36,778 nucleotides of DNA, from positions 105,842 to 142,619 of the IMG/VR virus record IMGVR_UViG_3300033156_001223. One strand, written 5' to 3'. Below, piece after piece: positions 35,293 through 36,778 of the stretch. The notes under the pieces were generated by a model. It did not search any database. It saw nothing but the letters and a program-made list of their open reading frames with translations, and was not told the origin of the DNA. The stretch comes from a virus. Its lineage: Duplodnaviria > Heunggongvirae > Uroviricota > Caudoviricetes. The position numbers were made by a program, and so were the translations under genes. Each line of letters begins with the position of its first letter. The first letter of the stretch is position 1.

Positions 35293-36205
35293 TACATTCC
35301 TCCCGAGAAAGCTTTTTCAACTGGGACGCCAATTCAAAAGTAGTATTTAAAGCAGTATGTAATGCATCTAGCGCTTCCCGATTTGCTTGTTGCATTGACT
35401 CATAAAGTCTCTTATCGATAGATACTGTCAAACAACCATCTTTAATCTTCACTGTAGGATAACTAGGAGCTATCTTACTAAGTATTCGGTATGCATATGG
35501 ATCTGATTTAATTTCCTCTGGTATCTCCAGAGTAAGGATTAGATGACGCCCATCTGTTCCCCAACTACCGGTAAATTTGAATTTTTGTTCCTCGAAGGTA
35601 TATTCATACTCGACTGCATCCATACATTTTAATTTGCAATTACTGATAAATTCAATCTCCTCCTTTAGCACTTTCGGGAAGAAGGCATTGATTATACGTT
35701 CTAGTTCGCTCCCTCTATAGCTACACACAAGCTTATTATCTCTGAGAACCGATTCGCTGACATCTGCTCGATACATGCCCCTTACTAGACATGTGGCACA
35801 AGGTAGTAGTTCTTCAGGTAACTCAATTTCAGTAACTAATTTACTATCCTCAGGTATATATTTCCATTCCCATTGCAACTTATAATCTCCCACTTCTATC
35901 TCGAATGATTTACTAATGGTAGTTTCAATGAAACTCAGACATCTTTTGCAGTGCACCTCAATGGATTCAGCGGTTTCTTTCATGGACTCTACAAGATCTG
36001 AAACTATCTGATATCTCCACGGATTTACTTCCCCACGCAGCTCAAGTATCTTTCCATCTAACTTCATTAAATATCGCGAGGAGTATCTCCGCAGGTAATA
36101 GTCGAGTATTGCTGGCAACTGGAAAACATCTTCGTCTAATTCTACTTGTAATACTACTCCAACAGATGGCCCATCTATATAAGGGGATATCTTTTTGATC
36201 TCCAT
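35285..36205 (-). CDS. Hypothetical protein with about three internal repeats
   Basis: Recurring LV.EIELPEE / LILTLEIPEE / VELDED beta-helix pattern. Confidence 0.6.
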   Translation of the reverse strand: MEIKKISPYIDGPSVGVVLQVELDEDVFQLPAILDYYLRRYSSRYLMKLDGKILELRGEVNPWRYQIVSDLVESMKETAESIEVHCKRCLSFIETTISKSFEIEVGDYKLQWEWKYIPEDSKLVTEIELPEELLPCATCLVRGMYRADVSESVLRDNKLVCSYRGSELERIINAFFPKVLKEEIEFISNCKLKCMDAVEYEYTFEEQKFKFTGSWGTDGRHLILTLEIPEEIKSDPYAYRILSKIAPSYPTVKIKDGCLTVSIDKRLYESMQQANREALDALHTALNTTFELASQLKKLSREECNA

Positions 36206-36229
36206 GAGTTACCTCCCTGCTTTAATTTC
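36203..36229. repeat. 27-bp direct repeat, copy 1 (gene junction)
   Basis: CATGAGTTACCTCCCTGCTTTAATTTC; 26/27 identical to 36657-36683. Confidence 0.85.
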
Positions 36230-36260
36230 ATTGACTCTTTGTTTGCATTGTGTATCTCCT

Positions 36261-36659
36261 TTATTCTGGTATTTCATGTATTTCCGCACTCACAGTAGCA
36301 TTAAAGTACTTACCCTGAATTAATGTATCTACCTCATCGGCTTGTAAATAATATTCTCGATCCAAAGCATCGAGAATATGCCGTACTAGAGTACGCATTT
36401 CCTTACCACCAATATCTTCAAAATTATCCCGATCATCCAAATAATCTATATCATCGCGTATTCCAAGCTTAATCTTGATTCTGTAGCTTTTGCGACCAAC
36501 ATCAATCTGTATTTCAGTATATACACACGGATACTCACCATCATACATCCGCAATCTATAATTGTCCCATTGCAACTTTTTCATTAAATCATCAAGCAGA
36601 GCAGAAAGTATATCCTTCACACATTCCTGCTCATACTTTCTCTGCAACTCTTTGCTCAT
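36261..36659 (-). CDS. Hypothetical protein between the direct repeats
   Basis: SD GGGAGGT. Confidence 0.6.
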   Translation of the reverse strand: MSKELQRKYEQECVKDILSALLDDLMKKLQWDNYRLRMYDGEYPCVYTEIQIDVGRKSYRIKIKLGIRDDIDYLDDRDNFEDIGGKEMRTLVRHILDALDREYYLQADEVDTLIQGKYFNATVSAEIHEIPE

Positions 36660-36683
36660 GAGTCACCTCCCTGCTTTAATTTC
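36657..36683. repeat. 27-bp direct repeat, copy 2
   Basis: CATGAGTCACCTCCCTGCTTTAATTTC. Confidence 0.85.
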
Positions 36684-36778
36684 GTCGAGATCCAGTTCTC
36701 TGAATAGACTTTCAAGTTTTTCCCTTACTCTATCAAAGAATCCCTCAGAATTTACTTCTTGAGTAGTAGCTCTGAGAA
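36664..36778 (-). CDS. 3' end of a hypothetical gene entering from the right edge
   Basis: ..LRATTQEVNSEGFFDRVREKLESLFRELDLDEIKAGR* read manually. Confidence 0.5.

Overview
A 36.8-kb segment of a large tailed dsDNA phage (Caudoviricetes, probably contractile-tailed) with a bacterial host, judged from sigma70-type promoters, GGAGG Shine-Dalgarno sites and a bacterial parS site. The DNA is AT-rich and gene-dense, and most genes lie on the minus strand. Morphogenesis genes are scattered in separate islands: portal plus GpA-type terminase large subunit, a prohead protease-like gene, and a baseplate spike-like gene. DNA/nucleotide genes: a family-4 uracil-DNA glycosylase missed by the ORF track (it runs off the left edge), SF2 helicase, LigD-type 3'-phosphoesterase/ATP-dependent ligase fusion, dTMP kinase, HAD 5'-nucleotidase, P-loop kinase-like protein and HD hydrolase. 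Two glycan-modification blocks encode RmlA, RmlD, five glycosyltransferases, an FkbM methyltransferase and two sulfotransferase-like proteins. There are two tRNAs (canonical Gln-UUG; atypical Ser-GGA) and many small unknown, often Zn-ribbon, paralogous ORFs. The most notable non-coding signals are an unidentified GC-rich structured RNA with its own promoter and terminator (26.73-26.93 kb), an exact chromosomal-type parS site, a single gene bracketed by 14-bp inverted repeats and a (TATC)8 microsatellite, tandem TATTGACTC-hairpin units, and apparently leaderless transcripts at several unit heads. All family calls come from motif recognition by eye; no database search was run.
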